Positions 18,260 to 28,026 of a DNA stretch of 64,000 nt are shown here, piece after piece. The DNA is from Ilumatobacteraceae bacterium. GTDB lineage: Bacteria; Actinomycetota; Acidimicrobiia; Acidimicrobiales; Ilumatobacteraceae. A program made the position numbers and the translations under genes. Below the pieces are notes generated by a model. The model was not told the origin of the DNA. It did not search any database and saw nothing but the letters and a program-made list of their open reading frames with translations. The stretch spans positions 6,317 through 70,316 of the forward strand of contig JAUMDU010000071.1 of assembly GCA_032121425.1 (NCBI GenBank), given 5' to 3'. Every line of letters begins with the position of its first letter. Position 1 is the first letter of the stretch.

Positions 18260-19192
18260 CTATTGTACAAACGGTAAAACTTTGTCTCCAATGAGTGAGA
18301 TGTGATCCAAATCATCGAGATCAAGAACTTGTAAATACATACGAGATGCACCGGTTGTTTTCCATGAAGATATTTTTTCAATCACTTCATCGGGTGTTCC
18401 ACAGATGCCGTTTTGGCGTAATTCGCTGACCTCGCGCCCAATGCGTGTGGCCCGATGTGCAATCTCATTTTCGGTAGAGCCCACACACACCACTTGTGCC
18501 ACTGAATAAATCAATGAATCTGGGTCGCGCTGTACGGCATCGCACGCCGTTCTCACTCGATCACGTTGAGCAACAAAAACATCGGCACTACTGAAAGGGA
18601 GATTGAACTCTGCGGCATACATGGCTGCCAAGCGTGGCGTGCGACGTGGTCCGCCGCCACCCACGATGATAGGGGGTGGGCTTTGAATGGGTTTTGGCAA
18701 TGCAGGGGAGTTCACCACGTTGTAGTGAGCACCGCTATAGGAAAAATTCTCTCCATGTGGGGTGTTCCATAAACCTGTAATCACGGCGAGTTGCTCTGTG
18801 AGAATGTCGAAACGAGTACCAAGCTCGGGGAATGGAATGCCATAGGAGCGATGTTCATCGACATACCACCCCGCACCCAGGCCTAATTCCACGCGGCCAC
18901 CCGACATATCGTCCACGTTGGCCACGCTGATTGCAAGAACACCAGGGTTCCGAAATGTTGCGGAGTTCACTAAAGTGCCGAGACGAATTGTGGAAGTTTC
19001 TCGGGCAATCCCGGCCAAGGTGATCCATGCATCGCTTGGACCTGGCAGTCCGGTTACATGCGTTCCCATTTTTTGGTAATGGTCGCTACGGAAAAATGCA
19101 TCGAAGCCGGCATGCTCGGCACGTTGCGCTACGGCGAGAAGTTGAGAATAACTAGCGCCTTGTTGGGGCTCGGTGAATACACGAAGTTGCAT
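18260..19192 (-). CDS. LLM-class F420-dependent oxidoreductase
   Basis: MQLRVFTEPQQGASY..AEHAGFDAFFRSDH is the typical N-terminus of the F420-dependent luciferase-like family. Length 310 aa. Confidence 0.75.
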   Translation of the reverse strand: MQLRVFTEPQQGASYSQLLAVAQRAEHAGFDAFFRSDHYQKMGTHVTGLPGPSDAWITLAGIARETSTIRLGTLVNSATFRNPGVLAISVANVDDMSGGRVELGLGAGWYVDEHRSYGIPFPELGTRFDILTEQLAVITGLWNTPHGENFSYSGAHYNVVNSPALPKPIQSPPPIIVGGGGPRRTPRLAAMYAAEFNLPFSSADVFVAQRDRVRTACDAVQRDPDSLIYSVAQVVCVGSTENEIAHRATRIGREVSELRQNGICGTPDEVIEKISSWKTTGASRMYLQVLDLDDLDHISLIGDKVLPFVQ

Positions 19193-19201
19193 GACACGAA
19201 C

Positions 19202-19645
19202 TTAACGGGGATGCACCCAGTCCTGGTGTGCAATGCGAAGTTGCAGCGGAAGTCGTGCAAGATGTCTCACGGGTAGATGTGGCAAAACTGTGCGTACAGA
19301 AACCGTGTAGACCGGCTCTAGAGCAACATATTGACTTACGCCGAACATCGAGCAACGATGCAGTGCCCGCGCGAAGGGATTGTGACGGCCTTGGGTATAG
19401 GACACTCCAAGGGCTTGAGCAAGTTCGGTCATCTCACAGACGTATCCCTCAGGTTGGTGAAGTAATCCTGAGACCAGTCGGCGGGCGAGCCAGGTTGCTG
19501 TGGGACCAAGAATGGGAAGCCAGAACATCTCTATGTAGGGATCATCGACTGCATAACCCTGTGTCTCCACAACGGGGTCATTCCATCGAATCACCCTGAT
19601 AGATGACTGTGTTGCAGGCACGGCAATAGGACGTGAAGTTTTCAT
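19202..19645 (-). CDS. conserved hypothetical protein (possible HTH)
   Basis: I chose the start at ATG 19645 (MKTSRPIAV), which has a purine-rich stretch upstream. The longer listed ORF would run into the divergent Sir2 gene. MTELAQALGVS is HTH-like. Confidence 0.45.
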   Translation of the reverse strand: MKTSRPIAVPATQSSIRVIRWNDPVVETQGYAVDDPYIEMFWLPILGPTATWLARRLVSGLLHQPEGYVCEMTELAQALGVSYTQGRHNPFARALHRCSMFGVSQYVALEPVYTVSVRTVLPHLPVRHLARLPLQLRIAHQDWVHPR

Positions 19646-19700
19646 GGACTCTCTTTCTTGCTGGTTCGGCGAGATGTGTGCAAAACAGCAAGAATGAAGG

Positions 19701-20492
19701 GTGATGTTTGATGATCTTCCCGATGATGAATCCATGAGCGAGGTTGCACAGTGGGTGCGAGAGGCGCAACGAATTGTGGTTTTCACTGGTGCAGGTATTT
19801 CTACTGATTCAGGAATTCCTGATTTCCGAGGTCCGAATGGATTGTGGACACAGAACCCATTGGCTGAAAAAACATCAACACTGAGTTATTACCTTGGAGA
19901 CCCCGAGGTACGCAAGGTTGCATGGGAGGGTCGTGTGCGCACATTCGGTGGCACTGCTCAACCCAATGCTGGACATTTTGCTGTCACTCAACTACATCGG
20001 TCGAAGAAATTGCATGCGGTGGTGACACAAAATGTTGACGGCCTGCACCAAGCAGCAGGTCTCGATGATGAGATGGTTGTAGAGGTGCACGGCACTATTC
20101 GCTATGCACGATGTTGGCAATGTAAAGACCGACGACCGATGAGTGAATTCATAGAACGTGTGAAAGCTGGCGAGGTAGATCCACCATGTGAACTCTGCGG
20201 TGGCATTGTCAAGAGCGATGCAATTTTGTTTGAGCAAGCATTGGTTCCAGAAGTGATCAATCGCGCAATGCAAGTGGCTCAAGAATGCGACTTGATGTTG
20301 GCAGTGGGGTCCACCTTGGCGGTGACGCCAGCGGCATATGTGGTTGACCGTGCGCGAGCAAGTGATGCCAAGGTGGCAATTATCAATGGTGGTCCCACAG
20401 AGCGAGATCGCTATGCCCATGTCCTTTTGAGAGGTGGAATCAGCCCCATTTTGTCTGCCTTGTTGGAGCGAGCAGGCCTCGCGGATCAGTGA
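19701..20492 (+). CDS. cobB: NAD-dependent protein deacylase (sirtuin, Sir2 family)
   Basis: FTGAGISTDSGIPDFRG, VTQNVDGLH, and a Zn ribbon CWQC...CELCGG. Confidence 0.9.
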   Translation: MMFDDLPDDESMSEVAQWVREAQRIVVFTGAGISTDSGIPDFRGPNGLWTQNPLAEKTSTLSYYLGDPEVRKVAWEGRVRTFGGTAQPNAGHFAVTQLHRSKKLHAVVTQNVDGLHQAAGLDDEMVVEVHGTIRYARCWQCKDRRPMSEFIERVKAGEVDPPCELCGGIVKSDAILFEQALVPEVINRAMQVAQECDLMLAVGSTLAVTPAAYVVDRARASDAKVAIINGGPTERDRYAHVLLRGGISPILSALLERAGLADQ

Positions 20493-20522
20493 ATTCCCGA
20501 CTTAGTCGGTAGGGTTTTGGTC

Positions 20523-21689
20523 ATGGCAACGTTTCGTGACCTTCTCGCACAAGCAAAATCTCACATTACTGAAATAGATACAGCTGAAGCCCAGCAAAAG
20601 ATTGAGGGCGGAGGCGTCTTGGTCCTGGATGTACGTGAGCCCGATGAATTCGAACAAGGTGCGCTACCTGAGGTCTTGCATATTCCTCGCGGACATCTTG
20701 AAGCCCAAATTGAAGGTCGTGCTACAGACCGCGATCAAGCCATTGTGGTGTATTGCGCCGGTGGTGTGCGCAGTGCCTTTGCCGCGCGCACTCTTCAAGA
20801 ACTTGGCTACACGAATGTGTTTTCCATGGCCGGTGGATTTGGCAAGTGGAAAGACGAAGGTCGCCAATGGCGTCAACCTGTCACATTGACACCTGATCAA
20901 CGCAACCGTTACCAGCGACACTTGTTGTTGCCGGAAGTGGGAGTAGAAGGACAAGCCAAACTTCTCGGTGCCAAAGTGTTGATGCTGGGTGCAGGCGGAC
21001 TTGGTTCACCTGCGGCGTTGTATCTTGCAGCAGCTGGTGTGGGCACCATTGGTATTGTCGATATGGACGAAGTCGATGCATCTAACTTGCAACGTCAAAT
21101 TCTTCACAACATTGATCGTGTGGGGCAACGCAAAGTGGAGTCTGCTCGTCAAACAATCGCCAAACTCAACCCCGATGTTGTGGTGAATACCTATGACACT
21201 CGACTTGACGCGAGCAACATCATGGAGATCATGGCGGGCTATGACGTAGTCGTTGACGGCGCAGACAACTTCCCCAGTCGTTACTTGTTAAATGATGCAA
21301 GCGTGAAGTTAGGCATTCCAGTTGTGCACGGAAGTATCTTCCGATTCGAAGGAATGGTGTCGGTCTTCCATCCAAAACTTGGACCTACCTATCGCGACAT
21401 GGTTCCCGAGCCGCCACCTGCTGAACTGGCACCTTCGTGTGCAGAAGCGGGAGTTCTTGGTGTGTTGCCAGGAATTGTGGGATCCATTCAGGCACTCGAG
21501 ACACTCAAGATTATTTTGGAATTGGGCGAACCATTAATTGGTCGCATCTTGACAATTGACACCACCGAGATGTCATTTCGGGTGTTCAAATTGCGAGCAG
21601 ACCCCAATAATCAGGTTGTTTGGGAGAATCGGGACCGTATTGAAGTGCGAGATCTCGACGGATTGTGTGCTCCCTGGTTGAGCCACTAA
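20523..21689 (+). CDS. rhodanese-ThiF/MoeB fusion (E1-like adenylyltransferase/sulfurtransferase, rhodanese N-terminal)
   Basis: The N-terminal rhodanese domain carries the active-site loop CAGGVRS. It is followed by NRYQRHLLLPEVG..GAGGLGSPAALYLAAAGVG..DASNLQRQ and SCAEAGVLGV. I chose ATG 20523; a TTG at 20517 is also possible. Confidence 0.8.
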   Translation: MATFRDLLAQAKSHITEIDTAEAQQKIEGGGVLVLDVREPDEFEQGALPEVLHIPRGHLEAQIEGRATDRDQAIVVYCAGGVRSAFAARTLQELGYTNVFSMAGGFGKWKDEGRQWRQPVTLTPDQRNRYQRHLLLPEVGVEGQAKLLGAKVLMLGAGGLGSPAALYLAAAGVGTIGIVDMDEVDASNLQRQILHNIDRVGQRKVESARQTIAKLNPDVVVNTYDTRLDASNIMEIMAGYDVVVDGADNFPSRYLLNDASVKLGIPVVHGSIFRFEGMVSVFHPKLGPTYRDMVPEPPPAELAPSCAEAGVLGVLPGIVGSIQALETLKIILELGEPLIGRILTIDTTEMSFRVFKLRADPNNQVVWENRDRIEVRDLDGLCAPWLSH

Positions 21690-21756
21690 ACACACTCTTT
21701 GTTCAGTAGTGCCAGCAAGACCATTTAGTTGTGCCGCGCCTACTAGCGTTTCCTAG

Positions 21757-22905
21757 ATGACAGCTTCGATTGTGATTGTGGGCGCCGGGTTCTCTGGCGC
21801 TGTTATCGCTCGGCAACTGGCCGAGGCTGGTATTGCATCATGGGTCGTGGACGGTCGAAACCACGTGGCAGGCAATGCCCACACGGAACGGCGAAGTAAT
21901 GGCGTAATGGTGCATGTGTATGGCCCACACATCTTTCATACAGCTGACACTCGCGTATGGGAGTACATCAATCGTTTTGGTGCAATGGAGCCCTACAACC
22001 ATCGAGTGAAAGCAACCTCTCAAGGTGCGGTGTATTCCTTGCCGGTCAACTTGCACACCATTAATCAATTTTTTGATCTCACGTTGTCGCCAAGTGAAGC
22101 CGAACAATTCATTTCTTCACGGGCAGATACCTCCATTGGAACCCCTGTGTCATTTGAAGATCAAGCTTTGAAATTTGTGGGACGCGAACTCTATGAAGCC
22201 TTCTTTAAGGGATACACACAAAAGCAATGGGGAGTGTCTCCTACAGAACTTCCTGCATCAATTCTTGCGCGCCTTCCTGTGCGTTTTTCTTATGAGGACA
22301 GTTACTTCAATCATCCTTATCAGGCGATTCCTCGCGAGGGGTACACCCCAATTGTGGAAGCAATGCTGGATCACCCACTGATCGAAGTGACGTTGAATAA
22401 AAAAGTGACGCCAGATGAATTGAAAACTGCAGAACATGTGTTTTGGTCTGGACCCATCGATGAATACTTTGGTGGGCAATTTGGGCGACTTGGGTATCGC
22501 ACTTTGGACTTTGTGGAAACCGAAACACAAGGGGACTTTCAGGGGTGTCCCGTGATGAATTATTGCGATCTTGACGTTCCTTACACGCGCATCACTGAGC
22601 ACAAACATTTTGCGCCATGGGAGACCCACGCGGGAACCACGCTGTACACCGAGTACAGCCGACTGGCCGAAGAGGGCGACATTGAGTACTACCCAATTCG
22701 CCAGGTGAAAGAAAAAGAACAGCTGCACCAATATGTGGAAGCTGCAAGAAATGCTCAAAAGGTAACTTTTATGGGCCGATTGGGCACCTATCGCTATCTA
22801 GACATGGATGTCACCATCAAAGAGGCTCTCGAAGTTGCCGATGAATTCTTGGCATGCCGGCGTGACTCTCGCCCAATGACACCTTTGGTGGTTCAACCCC
22901 TGTGA
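21757..22905 (+). CDS. glf: UDP-galactopyranose mutase
   Basis: IVGAGFSGAVIA FAD motif and GPHIFHT, 382 aa, followed by a GlfT2-like GT2. Confidence 0.9.
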   Translation: MTASIVIVGAGFSGAVIARQLAEAGIASWVVDGRNHVAGNAHTERRSNGVMVHVYGPHIFHTADTRVWEYINRFGAMEPYNHRVKATSQGAVYSLPVNLHTINQFFDLTLSPSEAEQFISSRADTSIGTPVSFEDQALKFVGRELYEAFFKGYTQKQWGVSPTELPASILARLPVRFSYEDSYFNHPYQAIPREGYTPIVEAMLDHPLIEVTLNKKVTPDELKTAEHVFWSGPIDEYFGGQFGRLGYRTLDFVETETQGDFQGCPVMNYCDLDVPYTRITEHKHFAPWETHAGTTLYTEYSRLAEEGDIEYYPIRQVKEKEQLHQYVEAARNAQKVTFMGRLGTYRYLDMDVTIKEALEVADEFLACRRDSRPMTPLVVQPL

Positions 22906-22915
22906 AACTAGGGGG

Positions 22916-24667
22916 GTGACGCTTCATCCCCTAGCTCGGATTCAGATTCCCAAAGCCTCTTTCTCGGAGCCTTCTTTGTATTTGCGCACCGAGCCAGGAG
23001 TGTTAACCGACAGTGGTGCGCGGCTCAATATTGGAGATCGCATCTCTTTTGATACTGCATTTGGCGTATTTGCCGTTGGGCGCTGGAAGCGGCTGAGCAC
23101 CATCGTTGATGTGGTGGCCAATATCGACATTGAGGGCGCTGCGCGTATTGATCTAGTAGCCCATAGTTCTGGTGCCGACATTGTTATTGATTCAACAGAT
23201 ACAGAGAGCAGTGTGTGTTGCCCCAATTTGTCCACACTTGATTGCGAATCTCTTTATGTCACGGTGACTGCACTTGCAGATGGAGTGTACGTCACCGGTG
23301 GACAATGGTTAACGTCGACGGCCCCAGAGCGAGATGTCCATCTCGGTGTTGCAATCACTACGTTCAATCGACAGGAATACGTGCTTGCGACCATTGACAA
23401 ACTCATTGAGATTGAAGCAACAATTTCAAGCGTGACGGGTCATATGCAAGTGTTGGTTGTAGATAATGCAAGAAATCTTTCGCCACAGATTCCCGCAGGG
23501 GCACCAGTGAAGGTTTTGGAGAATCCCAACCTGGGTGGTGCTGGCGGTTTTGCACGCGGCCTCATTGAGTTTCGTGAAGCGGGGTGGAGCACTCATGTGG
23601 TGTTCATGGATGATGATATTTCTCTTGAACCAGAATCAATCTTGCGCACAATTTCATTACTGACGTATGCGCGTTCAAAAGATTTGTGTATTCACGGAGC
23701 CATGATGAGCGAAGAGTTGCCATGGATGCAGTTTGAGGCGGGATCGGCGTACGAGTTTCGATCCGTGTATCCCTTGCGGGCACACGGGCGCGGGATTGAC
23801 TTGCGCGATAGAAATGAAATCCTTTCGGACGCAGCAGAAATCGATCTTGATTACTCTGCATGGTGGTTCACCGTGTTTCCTATGCATATTGCAACAGAGA
23901 ACCCTTTGCCAGTATTTGTGCGAGGCGATGACGTCGCTTTTGGCCTTATGCACACGGGTCAACACACGGTGACAATGCATGGCATTGCGGTATGGCATGC
24001 AGACTTCGCGCTCAAGAACAATCCCTCATCGTTGTATTACGAGGTGCGCAACTTTGCCCTAATTGACACCTTGGTCTTTGATAAGCACACACGCTGGCAT
24101 CTGGCATGGCGCTATCTCGGGTTTGGTTTCCGCAATGCGTATTCACATCGTTATGCAAGCGCGGAATACATGATTTGGGGAATGAAGGATTTTCTTGCGG
24201 GCCCTAGTGAATGGATGAAGATTGATCATTCTGCAAAACATGACGAATTGCGCCAAGTTCAAGAGGAGAAAGCATCTTCGTTAACTCCAGAGATGCTGCA
24301 ACTAGGTTTTACTCCGACCAAGCACAAGGCAATTCGACTTGTGGGGTTCATGATGTCGCCGCTATTTGGAGGCGGGCGTTGGTTGCCACAGGCCTTGCGT
24401 ACAAAGAAGTTCGGCGTTGCACAAATTGATGTGCGTGCAGTCGGCTTGGCAATCCGACACGACAAGATCTTGTATCGTCATCCACGTTTTGAAGAGGGCT
24501 TTATTTGTGAACGTGATGCGGTTCGTTTTTCACGTATTCAGAAGGAAGTTTTCACAACGACTTTGAGGCTTTTGCGCACTTATAAAGCGCTTAAGAAGTC
24601 GTATCGCAATCAGTATCCCGAAATGGTGAGTACTGAAGCGTGGAAAAAACGTTTTTCACCCTACTAA
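22916..24667 (+). CDS. galactofuranosyltransferase GlfT2-like glycosyltransferase (GT2)
   Basis: GVAITTFNRQEYV..VVDNA..NLGGAGGFARG..FMDDDI..RGDDVAFG pattern in a 583-aa protein, immediately downstream of glf. Confidence 0.7.
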   Translation: MTLHPLARIQIPKASFSEPSLYLRTEPGVLTDSGARLNIGDRISFDTAFGVFAVGRWKRLSTIVDVVANIDIEGAARIDLVAHSSGADIVIDSTDTESSVCCPNLSTLDCESLYVTVTALADGVYVTGGQWLTSTAPERDVHLGVAITTFNRQEYVLATIDKLIEIEATISSVTGHMQVLVVDNARNLSPQIPAGAPVKVLENPNLGGAGGFARGLIEFREAGWSTHVVFMDDDISLEPESILRTISLLTYARSKDLCIHGAMMSEELPWMQFEAGSAYEFRSVYPLRAHGRGIDLRDRNEILSDAAEIDLDYSAWWFTVFPMHIATENPLPVFVRGDDVAFGLMHTGQHTVTMHGIAVWHADFALKNNPSSLYYEVRNFALIDTLVFDKHTRWHLAWRYLGFGFRNAYSHRYASAEYMIWGMKDFLAGPSEWMKIDHSAKHDELRQVQEEKASSLTPEMLQLGFTPTKHKAIRLVGFMMSPLFGGGRWLPQALRTKKFGVAQIDVRAVGLAIRHDKILYRHPRFEEGFICERDAVRFSRIQKEVFTTTLRLLRTYKALKKSYRNQYPEMVSTEAWKKRFSPY

Positions 24668-24671
24668 GTAG

Positions 24672-27107
24672 TTAGCTATGAGAAAGACGTGCAACTGTCA
24701 CCATGAGTGACGTCCACGTTTGTGGCCCCACTTGGCCATTGGCTTTTATCTTGGCTCGACGTTGATACGTCTTTACGTCATTTGCCAAAGAATTGGTGAA
24801 GACTCCAGTGGGCGTGATTCTCTTTTTAAGAACGCGCCCCAGCGAAGTTTGGAGTGATTTCACCGAAGCACTGCGTGTGCCTACGCGAAGAACTCCGAGA
24901 TCGGGTCGGTTGGCGAGCCCAAGTGCATCCCAAGTTGGTCGGTCGATGACGCCGGTCGCTTTCACGCCGACAGATTTTTGAAACTTTTTTACGGCATTTA
25001 TCGAAGCGGTTCCATATTGCCCATCAAGAACAAGACGATTACGGCCCTTGAGTTTCAATTTTGCGTTGAGCTTATTCTGAACCGTTTTGACCATCGCACC
25101 TTGGTCGTTGCGTCGTATGGGAAGGCCTAAAACCACCGAAGAGGATGAAGCAGTGACAGGGAGAACATTTTGATTCCGCAGTGCATCAAGTTGCTCACGG
25201 AGAAACAGTGCGAACTCTGCTCGACCCGAAGGGTTGAGATGAACCCAGCAACATAATGAATCGTTATCGAACCATCGCCATTTATCTTGTGCAGAACTGT
25301 GCGCATTCCAATCAAAGATTGTGATGTTGGGATTGCTAGCCACAAGTGAGGCGAGAACTTGATTGGACTGTGTGTAGTTGCGCGAAGTGAAACGCGTAGA
25401 AAGATTGACAAAGATGACACGTTGCACTGCTTTGGATGTGAGCGCAGCAATCATTTGGTTCACTTCGCTGGCAAAAGTTGCAGAATTATCGTTGTAGCCC
25501 AGTTGAACGATTGCAATGGCCGGAGTAGTTGAGGTGTCGACAACTCCAACGCCATCAAGATTGATCTGTGGGGTCTTTACTTGATTGATACAAGCAGCAC
25601 CTGCCATGCCTCTTCCTGCACATGCTTGGTAATTCACATTGGGATAACTGGACATCACCACTGTTCGGAATTCTTTGGAAATGCTTTCTCCCACTGAATC
25701 GCCGACAAAAAGAATGGGTCCCACTGTTGCAGCGTTGGGGTCTGGTCCCATAATGGGTGAGACGTGATACCAGGGGTTTGGTAACGAGAAATCTGACCTG
25801 AATTCCCAACCCGTCCGTCGAACTGATCCTGCAGTGCCGTTGATGACAACTTGAGTTGTGTAACCGCCCCAGTCACCTCCGAGATTGTCATGAACAGAGG
25901 TAGCGCTAAGAAACACTCCGATTGAGGGATACTTTTTCTGGATGTCTTCTGCAGAAAAAACTCTGGTCCACGATTGCCACACCGCATTGGCGGCAATGTC
26001 GCCGGGATCAACTTTTGCAGGGAAAGTGCCACCCGCAGTGCGTCCTCCGTTTGATGACGTGTATTCGGTTTTCACAATGTCGCCGCTTGGCCGGTCTTGT
26101 TTCTTTGGCCATCGCATGACATAGCCGGCGGTATCTGTGATTGCGCGGTCGCTACGTGGATCTTCAAGGATTTGCACAGTGGATGATCCAACGGCGCGCA
26201 GTGCTGCGCCACCGTACACTTGGCAACTCATGCTGTCGCACGTTTTTGCATAGCTATATCGAGATTCCGACAATGCATATGAACGCGCCGCGACAGCTTG
26301 GGCACGTAAAGCATTGATGCCAGCCCCTCCTGCTGAGCCGGCCCATGAGGCTGGTGACTCGCGTGGAACCACGCCTCGCAAATACGATTCGGTTGCCACG
26401 CGATTCACGGTTCTGTAGGCGCCGTTTCCATCTGTGACTGCACGAAGCGTTCCCCTGTAATAGCGAATCCGTGCTCTGTGCGCACTTGTTGCAGGTTCAC
26501 ACACGCCGATAAGTTGCGTGTGATTCGTCGCTGTAGGCGATGCCCCGTTAGCAGTACTTAACTCAATAGGGCCAGCCACATTGGATCTGATCAATGTAAA
26601 TCCTTTAGGTGTGCCAGTGGTGCTCCCACATGAGACAGTGGCAGAAGCATAGATGTTGTATCGATTGCGACTGATGGGACGCGCAATGATTGATGCGTGA
26701 GGTCCTGAATGACCGACCCATGACAACGACGAGTTTTGCGAAATAGCGGCGGTCTGTTTTCCGTCGTGCACCGTGAGACGGGTAGTCATGAGTCCTTCGG
26801 GAAGAAAACGAGAATCGTTACTTGTGAAGGGCGACAGTGTTCTACCACTGCCGCCGTAATAGAAATTCAAGATGGCATCCCAAGAGATTCCTGGTTGCCC
26901 AGCCCAGCCAGTGGCCCATCCGTAGGCACCAAACTGACTCATGCCACGTCCGTGACCGTTACCGCGTCCCCGTACTGTTATTCCGGACGGAGGAGAAGAC
27001 TCCGCAGATGCTGGTTCTGGGCCAGAAGGCACGTAAGAAGAAACGAGAAGCGTGGCGAACAGCACGAATGACAGCGCAAAGGCGCGTGATGTGCGTCGGG
27101 AAACCAT
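24672..27107 (-). CDS. secreted multidomain cell-wall protein: SpoIID/LytB domain + SGNH-like hydrolase domain + two peptidoglycan-binding (PG_binding_1) repeats
   Basis: Signal peptide present. SpoIID motifs are YLRGVVPRESP..ALRAQAVAARSYAL..CDSMSCQVYGG. ILFVGDSVGESI is a GDS-type block. The C-terminus has LDGQYG..AVKKFQ..GVKATGVIDRPTW and a second similar repeat. Confidence 0.75.
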   Translation of the reverse strand: MVSRRTSRAFALSFVLFATLLVSSYVPSGPEPASAESSPPSGITVRGRGNGHGRGMSQFGAYGWATGWAGQPGISWDAILNFYYGGSGRTLSPFTSNDSRFLPEGLMTTRLTVHDGKQTAAISQNSSLSWVGHSGPHASIIARPISRNRYNIYASATVSCGSTTGTPKGFTLIRSNVAGPIELSTANGASPTATNHTQLIGVCEPATSAHRARIRYYRGTLRAVTDGNGAYRTVNRVATESYLRGVVPRESPASWAGSAGGAGINALRAQAVAARSYALSESRYSYAKTCDSMSCQVYGGAALRAVGSSTVQILEDPRSDRAITDTAGYVMRWPKKQDRPSGDIVKTEYTSSNGGRTAGGTFPAKVDPGDIAANAVWQSWTRVFSAEDIQKKYPSIGVFLSATSVHDNLGGDWGGYTTQVVINGTAGSVRRTGWEFRSDFSLPNPWYHVSPIMGPDPNAATVGPILFVGDSVGESISKEFRTVVMSSYPNVNYQACAGRGMAGAACINQVKTPQINLDGVGVVDTSTTPAIAIVQLGYNDNSATFASEVNQMIAALTSKAVQRVIFVNLSTRFTSRNYTQSNQVLASLVASNPNITIFDWNAHSSAQDKWRWFDNDSLCCWVHLNPSGRAEFALFLREQLDALRNQNVLPVTASSSSVVLGLPIRRNDQGAMVKTVQNKLNAKLKLKGRNRLVLDGQYGTASINAVKKFQKSVGVKATGVIDRPTWDALGLANRPDLGVLRVGTRSASVKSLQTSLGRVLKKRITPTGVFTNSLANDVKTYQRRAKIKANGQVGPQTWTSLMVTVARLSHS

Positions 27108-27117
27108 GTAAACAAGG

Positions 27118-28014
27118 CTAGATGGTTTGTGGCTCTATTTGGTGTCGGTCAATTCGCTCTCGCTCTTGTATTGCAACGCCTGTAAGAACTAGCGCCATTC
27201 CTGCAAGGTCCACGATCGTGGGAGTTTGATCAAGGAACAAAAATCCAAACACTGCAGCACACACAGGCAACAGTGCAAGAAGTACAGAAAATCTCCTCAC
27301 GGGAATTCGACGAAGCGTGGATTGATCAATGCCGTAACCGATTGCGTTGGACAACACTCCAACAAGGACTGCGGCGACAAACAGATCAAGATGAGTAAAT
27401 GCAATGCTTGCATCGCTGGATGCAAATGGTGTGATCACAAGTCCACCAATAATTAATCCCACGCCCAGTCCGGCAATTCCTCGGTTTGCCAAAGCCACAC
27501 GAGAACCAATCACGATGTATCCCGCCCACATCACCGATGCCAAAAGAATGAAAACCAATCCAAGCGGTTCAGTTCCAATTTCCACGCCACCGAGTACAAC
27601 CACACCCACTGCAGCACACAGCAATGCAACAGTGTTGCGCTTTGTGCGCGTTTGAATGGCAGCTACTGCAATAGGGCCGATGAATTCGATGGTGACTCCC
27701 TTGCCTAGTGGCAGACGATCGATTGCGAGATAGAAAAACAAATTCATGAGAGCCGTAGAAAGGCCGAAGGCAGCGGCAGCCATGAAGTCTTGGCGTGTCC
27801 ATCGTGGCGAGAAATGTCGCCACGACACGGCAGTAATGATGATGCCAGCGCTGAGGACACGAAGCCATGCAACAGTTGCCGGTGACATTTCATCAAACAA
27901 GCCAATTGCGATGACGGCACCCGTGTATTGGGCCGCAGCAGAGAGAATGAAAAAAACTTCAGGCGGCGCGACGTCAAATAACTTTTCAGTCGACACCCTC
28001 TGGGGGAGGGACAC
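27118..28014 (-). CDS. EamA/DMT family transporter
   Basis: 298 aa with about 10 TM helices and the two-repeat EamA-like organisation. Confidence 0.7.
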   Translation of the reverse strand: MSLPQRVSTEKLFDVAPPEVFFILSAAAQYTGAVIAIGLFDEMSPATVAWLRVLSAGIIITAVSWRHFSPRWTRQDFMAAAAFGLSTALMNLFFYLAIDRLPLGKGVTIEFIGPIAVAAIQTRTKRNTVALLCAAVGVVVLGGVEIGTEPLGLVFILLASVMWAGYIVIGSRVALANRGIAGLGVGLIIGGLVITPFASSDASIAFTHLDLFVAAVLVGVLSNAIGYGIDQSTLRRIPVRRFSVLLALLPVCAAVFGFLFLDQTPTIVDLAGMALVLTGVAIQERERIDRHQIEPQTI

Positions 28015-28026
28015 TGTGAGTTCTAC

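Noticed and set aside
19701-21689. Sir2 next to an E1-like (ThiF) gene as a possible ubiquitin-like/Sir2 antiphage conflict system
   Set aside because: The Sir2 protein has the complete housekeeping sirtuin signature (GAGISTDSGIPDFRG, Zn ribbon). The E1-like protein carries a rhodanese domain typical of sulfur transfer. No E2, JAB, Ubl or nuclease partners are present, and the GC looks native.
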